64,000 bases of DNA from the IMG/VR virus record IMGVR_UViG_3300035459_000118, positions 34,972-98,971 of that record. The stretch is one strand, 5' to 3'. A program made the translations under genes and the position numbers. Origin of the DNA: a virus. Positions 46,177 through 55,954 of the stretch are shown here, piece by piece. Every line of letters starts with the position of its first letter. The first letter of the stretch is position 1. A model generated the notes under the pieces. It was not told where the DNA came from and ran no database searches. It worked only from the letters and a program-made list of their open reading frames with translations.

Positions 46177-47076
46177 TTAATACCCAATTGCTTGCCAAAA
46201 GAATCCCGTCCCCCTATTTGCCAAATCGTAACATTGAGCGTAAACCGTGAAAGCCGACAATGTCTTTGACACGACCTGCATCCCCTGATGAATATTGTCC
46301 GCGGCCGCAGAATTCTCTATGGTCGCACTTATGTTCAAGAAGGCATTGGGAAATGCTATCGGCAGATTCACCGCGATGGTGTTGTCCATGGGCAGAGTCC
46401 CGGTATACCTTCCCCACTGTAGGATCAACCCTCCCGGCAACTTCTGGTATCCGCTCTCCGTTTTCGAGGAGGTAAAGTCATACGAGGAAGCTCCGGCTAT
46501 GACCTTGCCCTTCCAAGCCGTCCCGTCTGTAAAGACCGTCACCTCATCATTCTGGGCCATCGTGGGGTTGCTTACCCCGTCGACGGTCCCTGTCAGGGTC
46601 AATGTCCCCGCTCCAATGTTTTTGATCTTTATCCAGGAACCGCTGGTAGGGACCGCAGCCGCCTGCAATGTGAATGAAATCGCAGTCGCTTTGTTCGCCT
46701 CGAATATCTTGTAATAGTCCGCAGCAAGGAAAGCGTAATTGTCCGTCTTCACAACGACGGCATTCTTAGGGACATACGCTGTAAGACTAGTCGTCAAAGC
46801 GTAGGTCGTCATGTCCGCAACAGTCATAATATTTCCCAAAATAGAAATCAGGGTAGCAAGGCTCGCATCTGAGACGACATACCCCTTGGCTGCCATCATC
46901 TCCCCAATGGCAGCTACCATCGTGCTCAACTGATAAAACAGTTTATTGTGAACATTGGAGTGCGCTGCCCCGGTCTGCACGCCTTGCGCCCTGTCTGACG
47001 ATGCGCTATACCCAGCATCAGATAGTATATTATTTTTAGCCGGGTCAAACTGTAAAAAATTGCTGCTGCCTGCCAT
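46177..47076 (-). CDS. Tail fibre protein
   Basis: Baseplate-attachment N-terminus (GVQTG.A.S..NK); C-terminal GYQKLPGGLILQWG..PIAFPN..WQAIGY. Confidence 0.85.
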   Translation of the reverse strand: MAGSSNFLQFDPAKNNILSDAGYSASSDRAQGVQTGAAHSNVHNKLFYQLSTMVAAIGEMMAAKGYVVSDASLATLISILGNIMTVADMTTYALTTSLTAYVPKNAVVVKTDNYAFLAADYYKIFEANKATAISFTLQAAAVPTSGSWIKIKNIGAGTLTLTGTVDGVSNPTMAQNDEVTVFTDGTAWKGKVIAGASSYDFTSSKTESGYQKLPGGLILQWGRYTGTLPMDNTIAVNLPIAFPNAFLNISATIENSAAADNIHQGMQVVSKTLSAFTVYAQCYDLANRGTGFFWQAIGY

Positions 47077-47094
47077 GATTCAATCCTCCATATC

Positions 47095-48936
47095 CTATTC
47101 GGTGTCACCCCAATATCCGGTACCGTAACCGCCATAGTCTTTGTTGACCATATCGTATGCAAATATCTTTCTGGGAGTCGTTGCCCAGGAAAGTTTGATT
47201 TGAACTCCTTGAGGGCGAGGAATGACCATGTCATTCTCAATCATATCCTGAATGATCGAGGCAAGCTCCCCCGTAACGGAAATCGTCATTGACATGTCCT
47301 GGTTGTCTACAATGAAGATCCCAATCCCTGTATGCTTGGTTATCAAAGTGGTTGGGTACCACCCTGTATACATCTGGTTATTAATCTGGCCAGCCGCCAA
47401 AAAGGCAACCCACAATTCGGAAACCGTCTCGCCACCAGCAGCTTCTCTTGCCGTCCAATAAGCCAATTCAGATGCGCTGGGGGTCCTACCAAAAGCACCC
47501 ACATACCAACTGCTCCAATTGATCGCGACTTGGGTGGCAGAAATATCGGTATATGTATCTGGGAATATCTCTCTCCATGCTTCTTCAATGGATTGCAATT
47601 TCCCGTCCCAATGATTGAGGGCAATTTTGGCCTTTATTAGTTGCCGGTAGAATTCATCTTCAAGAAGAGGCGAAGATCCATCTGTCGGTTCAAAGGGAAG
47701 GGTCCTTGACATCCCTACAATTTCACCAATTATGTCAAGTTGAGGCCCTACCGCCGTCTCAACATATATCCCGTTATCCAATCCGTATAATGCATCGCGA
47801 TCCTCGGCGAAATATTTCAATCGATCATACGAGAAATCCTGCAACATGGTCGACAAACGATATTGATGCGTGTACAGCCGAAGATACTGAGATAAATCGT
47901 AGTCCCCTTCAACAGCAGGGGTATAAGTACTACCTAGAATATAGGTTTTTCCTGTTGCGGCAACATTCCTACCATATAAAACTAGGCTTTGATCGAAAAA
48001 AGCCCCTTGCATTGTTACGTTCTCAGGGTTTACTTGCTCAACCCAAGTCTCTCCTCCGTCAACGGATAGGACTATGTATCCATCCCCACTGGCCGCATCT
48101 CCAACGGCATAAATCCCTCCCGGCGAAGCAGCGACTCCTCGTAACGGAACCGACCTGGGGGTGTCAACCTCTATCCAATTGATTCCCGTTGCCGACTTAT
48201 ACGTTTTTCCGTTTGCGCCTACGGCTATCCAAACTCCGTTTGTTTCGTCATAGGTAACGGCATACAAAGTATTCGCAGTTCCGGTGATTGGGGCATTTAA
48301 CCAGGACACGCCATGGTCAGTAGAGTAGTAAATATACCCTAAAGAATTGCTCGCTCCCCCTCCTACGGCGACAAACTTTCCATTGCCATAGGCAACTCCA
48401 TAAAGAACAATAAGATTTGGATTGGATGCAATAGTCTTGTCTGTCCAGGTCCCTCCATCATTTACTGATCTTGCAAAATATATCCCAGCCTGGGCGTAAA
48501 TTCCGCCGACACCAATTACCGTGCCAACACCAAGAGCCGCGTCGTAACCATAGGCCAGTCCGTTAAAATTCCTGAAGTTCGTGGCCATCCCTGTTGATAT
48601 TTTCGTCCAGATTTTTCCATCTGGAGATGTGCCTACATATCCATGCGTATTGCTGTTTGCCGACCCACCAGCGGCAACAAACTTTGCCCCAGTCCATACC
48701 ATCGCGTTTATAGAATCGGTTCCGCTGAAGGTCGCCGTAGCCAAGACCCAAGTGTCTAAATCCAGCGACCAGTAAATCAAAGCCGGAGGACCCATTTGAC
48801 CCAGGCAATACACGCCCAATGTCGGAGAGAATGTCATGGCACCCGCATACTGCGGAGTAATATGAGGTCCCACATGCTCCACAAAAGGAGAAGTTGTCGC
48901 CGGGACCGTGGGGATTTTTGGAATTCTGTAGTCCAT
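47095..48936 (-). CDS. Baseplate wedge protein (DUF2612-like) with N-terminal beta-propeller and inserted DUF4214-like domain
   Basis: S.DG..W repeats, TAVGPQLDIIGEIVG, YRQLIKAKIALNHWDG, DNQDMSM, PRPQGV. Confidence 0.8.
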   Translation of the reverse strand: MDYRIPKIPTVPATTSPFVEHVGPHITPQYAGAMTFSPTLGVYCLGQMGPPALIYWSLDLDTWVLATATFSGTDSINAMVWTGAKFVAAGGSANSNTHGYVGTSPDGKIWTKISTGMATNFRNFNGLAYGYDAALGVGTVIGVGGIYAQAGIYFARSVNDGGTWTDKTIASNPNLIVLYGVAYGNGKFVAVGGGASNSLGYIYYSTDHGVSWLNAPITGTANTLYAVTYDETNGVWIAVGANGKTYKSATGINWIEVDTPRSVPLRGVAASPGGIYAVGDAASGDGYIVLSVDGGETWVEQVNPENVTMQGAFFDQSLVLYGRNVAATGKTYILGSTYTPAVEGDYDLSQYLRLYTHQYRLSTMLQDFSYDRLKYFAEDRDALYGLDNGIYVETAVGPQLDIIGEIVGMSRTLPFEPTDGSSPLLEDEFYRQLIKAKIALNHWDGKLQSIEEAWREIFPDTYTDISATQVAINWSSWYVGAFGRTPSASELAYWTAREAAGGETVSELWVAFLAAGQINNQMYTGWYPTTLITKHTGIGIFIVDNQDMSMTISVTGELASIIQDMIENDMVIPRPQGVQIKLSWATTPRKIFAYDMVNKDYGGYGTGYWGDTE

Positions 48937-48939
48937 CTT

Positions 48940-50145
48940 TTAAACCCCATTCACCGTAATATTGATTATGTTTCCCTGGGTAACTTCATAATATGCCAGA
49001 ACAATATCTTCGTCTGAAAGAGGTGAGGTCCCAACCTTCCCTGCCGTCAATGAGGTTATGGAAAACAAAGGCTTTGTCAAATCGGCCATGACCGCAAGGG
49101 CAACGCCATACAGTGCAGATATCGTCAAACTCTCACCGATCTGGAGACTGTTCAAGTATTCAAGGATCGCAGCCTTGACTGCTGCTGTTGTGGCAGATGT
49201 ATACCCTCCGAATCCGGTTATCTCCAAAGCCACGGCAATCGAGATATAAGACGGCCGATAAAAATTAATAGTAGAAACAATCTTGGAAATCGGGTCTATC
49301 ACAACTTGGTGGACCGCTCCATCCTCTTCGGGAGATCCGGCCAAGGGGTTGGTAAGGGGACCAATCCCCTTGTTTTCCCAAATCGCAGTGGCCACGTCAA
49401 GGTCCGTTCCGCCTTCTACCACACACGACAACGAATGAGGAGGGAGTCCGTCTTCATCGACATCATTGGTCGGATTCTCCAGAACGCTCACCCTTGCGAC
49501 ATTATCCAGGGCCAATAATGCAGCCCAAGTTCCCGTCAGCAACGTCATGGAAGGCTTCTCTGTGCTAATCACTTGACGCGCCCGTAACTCCGCATCCGTT
49601 TCGATAGGCAGCCCAGCGGTCGCAGCAGCAGCATTTGTTACGCTGGTCCACCCGGAGACAGGGGTCGAAATGGAAGTCAAAGTCCCAATGGCAGCTGTAA
49701 TCGCCCCTATGGTTTGACAGGTAGCCACCGCCGAGGCTGTACCAGCAACAAGAGTTACTGTTGCCGGCAAATTCCATGCATTGCCGTTCGTATCGGTGAC
49801 AATTCCATTCGTTATGATTGTTCCGGTCGTACCAGTCAATGTAACCGTGCAGGTAGAATACGTCGCCTCCTTCCTGGATATTCCATTGCAAGCAACGATC
49901 TGATCAAGACCAGAGCCAACCCCAGTCAATGGCCCCCTGTTGTTGTAAACAAGCTGAATCGCTTGCAGGGTATCATAAAGCATCAGAGCAAAAACGGAAA
50001 GCTCCTGATAATCCGAAGAGTCGATTTCCAGATAGATATCAGAACCATAAATCGCTTTCTTCTGTTCTATTAGATTATCGAGGATATCTTGATAAGAAGG
50101 GATAACCAATCCCTCGGGGCCAACATATGGAGCAAGATATGGCAT
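48940..50145 (-). CDS. Baseplate J-like protein
   Basis: G.GLD..NGI.R, ETDAELR.R, VVEGG. Confidence 0.9.
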   Translation of the reverse strand: MPYLAPYVGPEGLVIPSYQDILDNLIEQKKAIYGSDIYLEIDSSDYQELSVFALMLYDTLQAIQLVYNNRGPLTGVGSGLDQIVACNGISRKEATYSTCTVTLTGTTGTIITNGIVTDTNGNAWNLPATVTLVAGTASAVATCQTIGAITAAIGTLTSISTPVSGWTSVTNAAAATAGLPIETDAELRARQVISTEKPSMTLLTGTWAALLALDNVARVSVLENPTNDVDEDGLPPHSLSCVVEGGTDLDVATAIWENKGIGPLTNPLAGSPEEDGAVHQVVIDPISKIVSTINFYRPSYISIAVALEITGFGGYTSATTAAVKAAILEYLNSLQIGESLTISALYGVALAVMADLTKPLFSITSLTAGKVGTSPLSDEDIVLAYYEVTQGNIINITVNGV

Positions 50146-50522
50146 TACGAAAGTCCTCCCCCGGTATTCGTCACTGCGATTGTCCCGAAAATTGTGTCGA
50201 CATGCATTGTACAAGAATAAGCTCTTGTCGAAGAATCAAAAGACGAAGAATACGATTTGATCTTCAATATAATTCCCGGCAAAGTGGTCTGTACCCTTTT
50301 TTGGATCAACCGGTCTATCAATGCCTTATCTGTCTTGCCAAGGATCTTTTCGATCATTGGGAGGCCCTCGTTCAGGTCCTCCCACCACTCTGCCAGCCAT
50401 AATTTCAAGCGGGTCTGGATGATCTGAATGACGGCATCAAGGTCAAAGACATAATCGTTCTGACCATCCCCATAAACAGGATCCCAGTTTTCGTCAAGTT
50501 TTCTCACTCGTATCGTGCTCAT
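50145..50522 (-). CDS. Baseplate wedge/sheath initiator protein
   Basis: R.LD..D..G, TRL.LW..EWW.D..G.P, DTIFG. Confidence 0.8.
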   Translation of the reverse strand: MSTIRVRKLDENWDPVYGDGQNDYVFDLDAVIQIIQTRLKLWLAEWWEDLNEGLPMIEKILGKTDKALIDRLIQKRVQTTLPGIILKIKSYSSSFDSSTRAYSCTMHVDTIFGTIAVTNTGGGLS

Positions 50523-50527
50523 AATCT

Positions 50528-51178
50528 TTATCCTGGGAGAATTACTCCTGTTGTCATTTCATCGCCGGAAGTTACGCCACCATGAATGTGGGTAAGGAAT
50601 TCTACCCCTTGAATTTTTACCGAAGTTGCATCCAAAGATATCTCTCCATTCTTTACGGAGATGGAACTGCCGCCAAAAACAAGCGAAGCCTCGGAATCAG
50701 AAAGTTCTACGTAATTCGTTCCCTCTGCATTCCTCAATTGCGCGGAGTCAGCAGAGTAATTCGCAATGACGTTTGGCTTCGATTTAATCCCCACTATGGC
50801 AAAGGCATCTGAGAGATCATGCCGACGCAATTCCATTTGATTCTGGACATCCCCATTCTGCCACCAAGCATCAAAACAAGTATCAGAAAAGATTATCAGG
50901 CACTCGTCCCCGGCAACAATAGGGAGAGAAAGAGAATATCCCCCAGCTGAAGGGATACAAATAGGAACGTCCAGAAGAATAGGGATCTTCTCAATCCTTT
51001 CTTCTCCATTCACTTTGATCCGTTCTGTAATGGCTACTTCCACTTCAACAGTTTGGGCTTCCTTGTCAAAAGCCCGGATTATCCCCGGAGAAGCACACCG
51101 AAGGCTCCAATCAAAATTATCGAAGGCTTTTTTTATCCCTTCGTCTTTTATATCTTGTCTTTCCGGAATCGTTATCAC
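50528..51178 (-). CDS. Baseplate central spike (Gp138-like)
   Basis: PG.I..FD, GDECL, RRHDLSDA, C-terminal HIH metal motif. Confidence 0.9.
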   Translation of the reverse strand: MITIPERQDIKDEGIKKAFDNFDWSLRCASPGIIRAFDKEAQTVEVEVAITERIKVNGEERIEKIPILLDVPICIPSAGGYSLSLPIVAGDECLIIFSDTCFDAWWQNGDVQNQMELRRHDLSDAFAIVGIKSKPNVIANYSADSAQLRNAEGTNYVELSDSEASLVFGGSSISVKNGEISLDATSVKIQGVEFLTHIHGGVTSGDEMTTGVILPG

Positions 51179-51187
51179 TTCAATGCC

Positions 51188-52168
51188 TCAATTCGGATTA
51201 ATAGCAGGGTCAGAAAGCATTTCTGGGACCGTCAATTGCAATCCGGCCTTTCCTGTCAACGAATATCCGACAACATCGGTATACCAATCATTACCTCTAG
51301 TATCCCCGGTATGCCTGATACCTCCGACCTTAAAATATCCATCCTTCGGCAACACTGGAACCAAATTTTGACCTGGTGTTGCTTTTTGCTGCTTAACATT
51401 TATCGAACTCAAATCAAGCTTTACCCATTTTGGAGGATTGGTTAAGATCAGTTCTGGGTTTAACAGGGTGCGGAAACTTATCCCAAAATCTATTTGTTGT
51501 GGGGTCCCAATCAATCCAGAATTCGTATCGACAATAATCGCCTCTCCTTGAGGGGAATCGGTTGCCTTTAAGATATTCAAGGAATCATTCACCATGAACA
51601 TTTGTGCTGCATTATTCCGTACTATCTCTCTTAAAGCCGTTACAGGAGAACCAAAAACAACACGTCCTCTGGGCTTTTTAGCAGTGCTTATTTTTGAGGA
51701 AACCGTTCCAATGGGAATTACCGTTGTTGATCTTGCAGCTATTTCATTTATCAAGGTCTGATCCGAGTAATCCTTCAAATGAAAACTTGCAAAATTATCC
51801 TTGAACAATCTGGCTCCATCCATACACATCAATGTCAATTTATAATCTGTCACATTTTCTCGGGTAAATAAGGTCTGAAAAACCTTCCCACCGAATATCT
51901 GGCCATACTTGCCACCGTATTTTTCCTGATACCCAGCGTAAAAATAAACCTCTGCGCCTTCTTGGATAATCTTCTTTTCTGTTTCCCTTGTAGGGTTGTA
52001 GATAATAAACTCTGAAAAATACCAGCCTTCGTATCCAGGATAATTAATTTCAAAAGTGCATTTCAAGGACTCAAGGCCAGAGAAACCATCATTCCCAATA
52101 GAAAGGACAGTTCCATCGGAACATAGAATCTTCAAGAGCCATTTTCTGCCGTAATGAGACCTATTCAT
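51188..52168 (-). CDS. Baseplate hub protein
   Basis: IYN, AGY, GLIGTP, HTGDTRGNDWY. Confidence 0.85.
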   Translation of the reverse strand: MNRSHYGRKWLLKILCSDGTVLSIGNDGFSGLESLKCTFEINYPGYEGWYFSEFIIYNPTRETEKKIIQEGAEVYFYAGYQEKYGGKYGQIFGGKVFQTLFTRENVTDYKLTLMCMDGARLFKDNFASFHLKDYSDQTLINEIAARSTTVIPIGTVSSKISTAKKPRGRVVFGSPVTALREIVRNNAAQMFMVNDSLNILKATDSPQGEAIIVDTNSGLIGTPQQIDFGISFRTLLNPELILTNPPKWVKLDLSSINVKQQKATPGQNLVPVLPKDGYFKVGGIRHTGDTRGNDWYTDVVGYSLTGKAGLQLTVPEMLSDPAINPN

Positions 52169-52496
52169 TGTCTCCCCATGCCAATATAAAATTTATCCCA
52201 AGATCCTTATCATTGGGATTGCTGGAAACATTGCCAACGTTCACCAAATACGCGCTTCCAATTTTCAGGTACCCATATTGATGCAAAATATTGGCCGCTG
52301 GATAATCACCCGTCAATAAAGGGACAGAATCCAATAAAACAACTGATGTCTTTGGGTCTGTTATTTTCATTGTCCAATACTCGGCGATTTCATTGTATCT
52401 TATAAAAAATTGCAAAGTAATATTGGCCCCATCAACAGCCAAAACCGCCTGGAAGCTTTGATTCGGTGAACTGCTTAAAGGGACAACCTGAAACAT
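52161..52496 (-). CDS. Small baseplate protein
   Basis: PL...PNQ, RYN...W, synteny. Confidence 0.75.
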   Translation of the reverse strand: MFQVVPLSSSPNQSFQAVLAVDGANITLQFFIRYNEIAEYWTMKITDPKTSVVLLDSVPLLTGDYPAANILHQYGYLKIGSAYLVNVGNVSSNPNDKDLGINFILAWGDNE

Positions 52497-52506
52497 CTAA
52501 TTCTCC

Positions 52507-53181
52507 TTAAGGAGCCGGTAAAAAAGGAATCTGGACGCCTTTGATTGCAGAGCCGTCCAGTGGGGCAATCGAAATTGTCCCAATATTGGTATTATCAGTA
52601 GTGGATGGTCTCAAACTTGTTTTCTGCACTTCTATGGACGCAACAAAAATCTGCTGGAAAGAAACCATGCATTTCAAACCATATAATGTCCTAAGGTCGT
52701 CAGGCGAAGTAACACTGGCGACGACCATGTTTTCATACGTATCAAGCCTTGTCGTTATGACAAGAGGAATCCCTTTGTTTTTCCAATCAACCAGCTTTTG
52801 ATACGCAACAACGGACTTGGTGGGATCTGAACTATCATTCCCCCACTGACCAGGAGAAAAGCTGTCCATAACATCAGACATCTGAATCTCCATGGACAAC
52901 TGAGCCGGTAGGGAAAATGAATGATCTGAAATGTTTGCCTTATCCTGAACCGGGTGCTGCGTTATTCTCTGGGACTGGGAATGGTCATTCCGAACAACTG
53001 CGTCAAAATACCAGATTGTACCATCGTCATCCTCAATGAATGTTTTCGGAACTTCTTTTCCCCAACCTACCGGTCTGTATGCTCCAGGTTCCACCTGAGG
53101 ATTCGGGGTGACTGTCACCAAATATGCCCGCCATGGAGAGTATTGAATATCGGCAGTATCAATAAAGACTTTATTTATCAT
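52507..53181 (-). CDS. Distal tail/tube initiator protein
   Basis: FDAV...H...IT.HPV...ISDH, TRL.TY.NM. Confidence 0.8.
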   Translation of the reverse strand: MINKVFIDTADIQYSPWRAYLVTVTPNPQVEPGAYRPVGWGKEVPKTFIEDDDGTIWYFDAVVRNDHSQSQRITQHPVQDKANISDHSFSLPAQLSMEIQMSDVMDSFSPGQWGNDSSDPTKSVVAYQKLVDWKNKGIPLVITTRLDTYENMVVASVTSPDDLRTLYGLKCMVSFQQIFVASIEVQKTSLRPSTTDNTNIGTISIAPLDGSAIKGVQIPFLPAP

Positions 53182-54785
53182 GGTGTCACACCAGAGAAGG
53201 CAGGAAATCTATTCCCCATCAAAGTCTCTTTAGAATTATACTTGCGGACGATGGCCTCTATCTGACGAACTTGCTCATCAGATGTTGGGCCATTAAATGT
53301 CAAATCAATATTATTGGTAACATTGAACTCGTGGCCTTGGGTCTGGCGGATATATTCTCCAACTGACGGACCAGCAATCCCGGCATTAGGACGAGTATTA
53401 AGAGCGTTCAAATCTCCCGCAGACAACCTTTTCGCAATCCCTTCCCCTCCATACCAGGCGGCAGCGGCGAGGTCATTGCTTCCATATTTCCTATGCAACC
53501 GAGCCCATTCGGCCTGTGCGACCCTTTCTTGATTCTCCGGGGTAGTGGGCGCGTTTGGGGCGAGTCCCGCTTGTACAGCCCATTTGGGCCAGTTCTCGGG
53601 CATAATTTGATACTTTCCTATCGCCATACCGCGACCCGGAATATACTGCCCCATCGCGTCATAATTACCACCAGACTCTTGACGGGCAATTCCCGCCAAA
53701 CCTCCAGATCCTTCTCCTCTTTTATAAGGTTGATTTCTGCTTTCCCAGAACTTCAAAAAATCTTCGCGTCTCTTTTCGGTACCTTCCCACCTTTTCGGGT
53801 CGAAGATACCATTCAATAGGCCACCAGCACCGGCAGTCCTGTTCAACTCGCCGATATAGAATACGGCCATTGCTATTGATCTTGAAATTCGATGAGAATA
53901 ATCCAACATCTTTTCCCAGATAGGAGCCAATTGGGGATTGGATTTCCTTCCATCAATATAAGCGTAAAAATCATCAATTAAAAGGACCAGAGTAGAAATA
54001 GCAAGAATTGCTCTACCTATTGGCCCAGCCAGGAATACCCCTGCGATAATAGCCCCAAAAGTAATCAGCCCCTTACCCCATTCTGGAAGCCTATTGTACA
54101 AATATTCTATCCCGCCTGCAAGATCCTTTATTGCTCGCCATGCAGACCCACCAAGCTGCATCAACATCGCAAGTCCCCTTGCGATCTTCTCAGTCCATTC
54201 GGGCATCTTCGCCTGAATCCAATCGTTCAAATCTTTGAAGCCGTTTTTCGCTCCAGTGATCGGTTCATTGAGATATTTGAAAAGATAATACCCAACCCAC
54301 TGAAGACCATATGTCGCCTCAACTTTGAGACGGGTAAACTCATAACGAATATCCCGAATATATCTGAGCTGAGCTGCTGCATCCTTGGGCTGTTCCATAC
54401 GAGCAGCCTCTCCCATCAAAGACTTATAACGCCCTTGAAGTTCCGGCAGCCACGCGATGTCATTGATTGACTCTCCCATGGAATCGGTGACAATCTTGAA
54501 TGACTTGGCGGCATCTCGCGCCATGTACATGCGAAGAGCGAACTTCTGATAGCCAAGGTCTGCCTGGGAAACTTTGTCGAGGAGGTCAATGGTAGCAAAT
54601 GCAATGCTTGAAAGGGAAGATACTATCGCGGTGGAGGCAATAGCGTAATCCTTCGCCATGCCAGAGGTCTTTTGCTTCACGGTGTCATCGAGCTTCTTCA
54701 GCGTGTCCTGCATCTTGTTAAAAGATACATTGTCCACCTGGAAGCCCAACGCCATCAAGTAAGATTTTATGACATCATCTGCCAC
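53178..54785 (-). CDS. Tape measure protein with C-terminal lytic transglycosylase
   Basis: IKSYL.ALGF.VD, helical body, QESGGNY..GKYQIMP..WYGG. Confidence 0.88.
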   Translation of the reverse strand: MADDVIKSYLMALGFQVDNVSFNKMQDTLKKLDDTVKQKTSGMAKDYAIASTAIVSSLSSIAFATIDLLDKVSQADLGYQKFALRMYMARDAAKSFKIVTDSMGESINDIAWLPELQGRYKSLMGEAARMEQPKDAAAQLRYIRDIRYEFTRLKVEATYGLQWVGYYLFKYLNEPITGAKNGFKDLNDWIQAKMPEWTEKIARGLAMLMQLGGSAWRAIKDLAGGIEYLYNRLPEWGKGLITFGAIIAGVFLAGPIGRAILAISTLVLLIDDFYAYIDGRKSNPQLAPIWEKMLDYSHRISRSIAMAVFYIGELNRTAGAGGLLNGIFDPKRWEGTEKRREDFLKFWESRNQPYKRGEGSGGLAGIARQESGGNYDAMGQYIPGRGMAIGKYQIMPENWPKWAVQAGLAPNAPTTPENQERVAQAEWARLHRKYGSNDLAAAAWYGGEGIAKRLSAGDLNALNTRPNAGIAGPSVGEYIRQTQGHEFNVTNNIDLTFNGPTSDEQVRQIEAIVRKYNSKETLMGNRFPAFSGVTP

Positions 54786-54799
54786 AAGCCGTTCTCCTT

Positions 54800-55030
54800 T
54801 TAAGACTTGCCTATGTCAGCAGCCCTTCTCTCGTTCTCATACTTTATGGCGGTGTATTCATGCCAATCCAAAAGATCATCATAAGTATAAGTTCCGTCCC
54901 AGAGCTCGTGTTGCTGCCAATCTCCATTCCTCACTGGCGCAAAAGCGTAATCATCTATATTGACGCATTGGAGGGGATCAAACCTTTGAAGCTGTTCCCT
55001 AAGTCCTTCAATGCGTCTTCGACGAAAAAA
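54800..55030 (-). CDS. Tail assembly chaperone, -1 frameshift extension (not in the ORF track)
   Basis: In-frame T_TTT_TTC at 55030-55024; -1 frame open to TAA at 54800, encoding APV..ELWDGTY..DLLD.HE..ENERR. Confidence 0.8.
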   Translation of the reverse strand, partial: FFRRRRIEGLREQLQRFDPLQCVNIDDYAFAPVRNGDWQQHELWDGTYTYDDLLDWHEYTAIKYENERRAADIGKS

Positions 55031-55455
55031 CCGGCCAGGTTAAACAATAAGGCATGGGAAACCAAGCCCATAACCAGAAGAGGATCATTTTCAACATCGG
55101 CAACACCCCACCTACCATCAGGGAGGCGAACTGGGTTGTCAATATCTTTCCCTTGTGATTGATCTTGACCCTTAACCTCGACAACCTCAGAAACGACATG
55201 AAGAGCATTCGCGGAAATCTCGAAGAACTCATCCTTGGATAAAGAACCAATCTCCTGAATCAAAGACATGGCTATCACGGCCTGATCCTCTTTTTTCGAG
55301 ATATCAAGTCGACCAGAAATTACTCCAGATATCGCACCAGACAGTTTTGAAGCCAATTTAGTAGCCATAAAGCTTCCCGTCAAGGCGTCAAACTTTGTTA
55401 TTTTCCACCTACGCCCGGAGATCGTCACGATCCGCGAAGTCTCTCGAATTGGCAT
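54955..55455 (-). CDS. Tail assembly chaperone
   Basis: Lies between tube and tape measure genes; slippery site near the end. Confidence 0.8.
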   Translation of the reverse strand: MPIRETSRIVTISGRRWKITKFDALTGSFMATKLASKLSGAISGVISGRLDISKKEDQAVIAMSLIQEIGSLSKDEFFEISANALHVVSEVVEVKGQDQSQGKDIDNPVRLPDGRWGVADVENDPLLVMGLVSHALLFNLAGFFVEDALKDLGNSFKGLIPSNASI

Positions 55456-55492
55456 CCTGAAACCTTTCTGATCAATCAAGATCGGCTAGAGA

Positions 55493-55921
55493 TTAGAACG
55501 GAGTGGACTGGATGTCTCCACAGAGCAGGGTCCAAGTAACCATCTTGCTCTGCTTTTCATAGCTCTTGTCGGGGACCTTCAGAAAACAAGCCCCGGAAAA
55601 GGTGTGGGTCGTCCCATCGCTCAGGCACCTCATAATCCCGGTCGCTTGCGCCCATAGAGAAGGAGGCTGAACGATCAGGGCATTATACATCCCGAGCAAA
55701 AACCGATGAGCAGCAGAAGTCTGCTGGACATTGATCACGATAGAGCCCCCGTTACCGGCTATTTTGGAGATGACGGGGTTGCCGTCATTGGCATAGTCTA
55801 TCGCAGACCGGTCCTGGGACATGTTCACCGAGACATCCCCAATGCCCTGCCCGGTGATAGACATGGCTCCTGTTGGGAAGGCAATGTTCAAAATGCAATC
55901 AAGAAATGAGTAGGTCTCCAT
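55493..55921 (-). CDS. Tail tube protein (DUF3277-like)
   Basis: YSF.D, DG...S, QTS, K.PD..Y, W. Confidence 0.85.
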   Translation of the reverse strand: METYSFLDCILNIAFPTGAMSITGQGIGDVSVNMSQDRSAIDYANDGNPVISKIAGNGGSIVINVQQTSAAHRFLLGMYNALIVQPPSLWAQATGIMRCLSDGTTHTFSGACFLKVPDKSYEKQSKMVTWTLLCGDIQSTPF

Positions 55922-55954
55922 CGTATATCCTCCTTTACGATTTTTCTTTTAATA

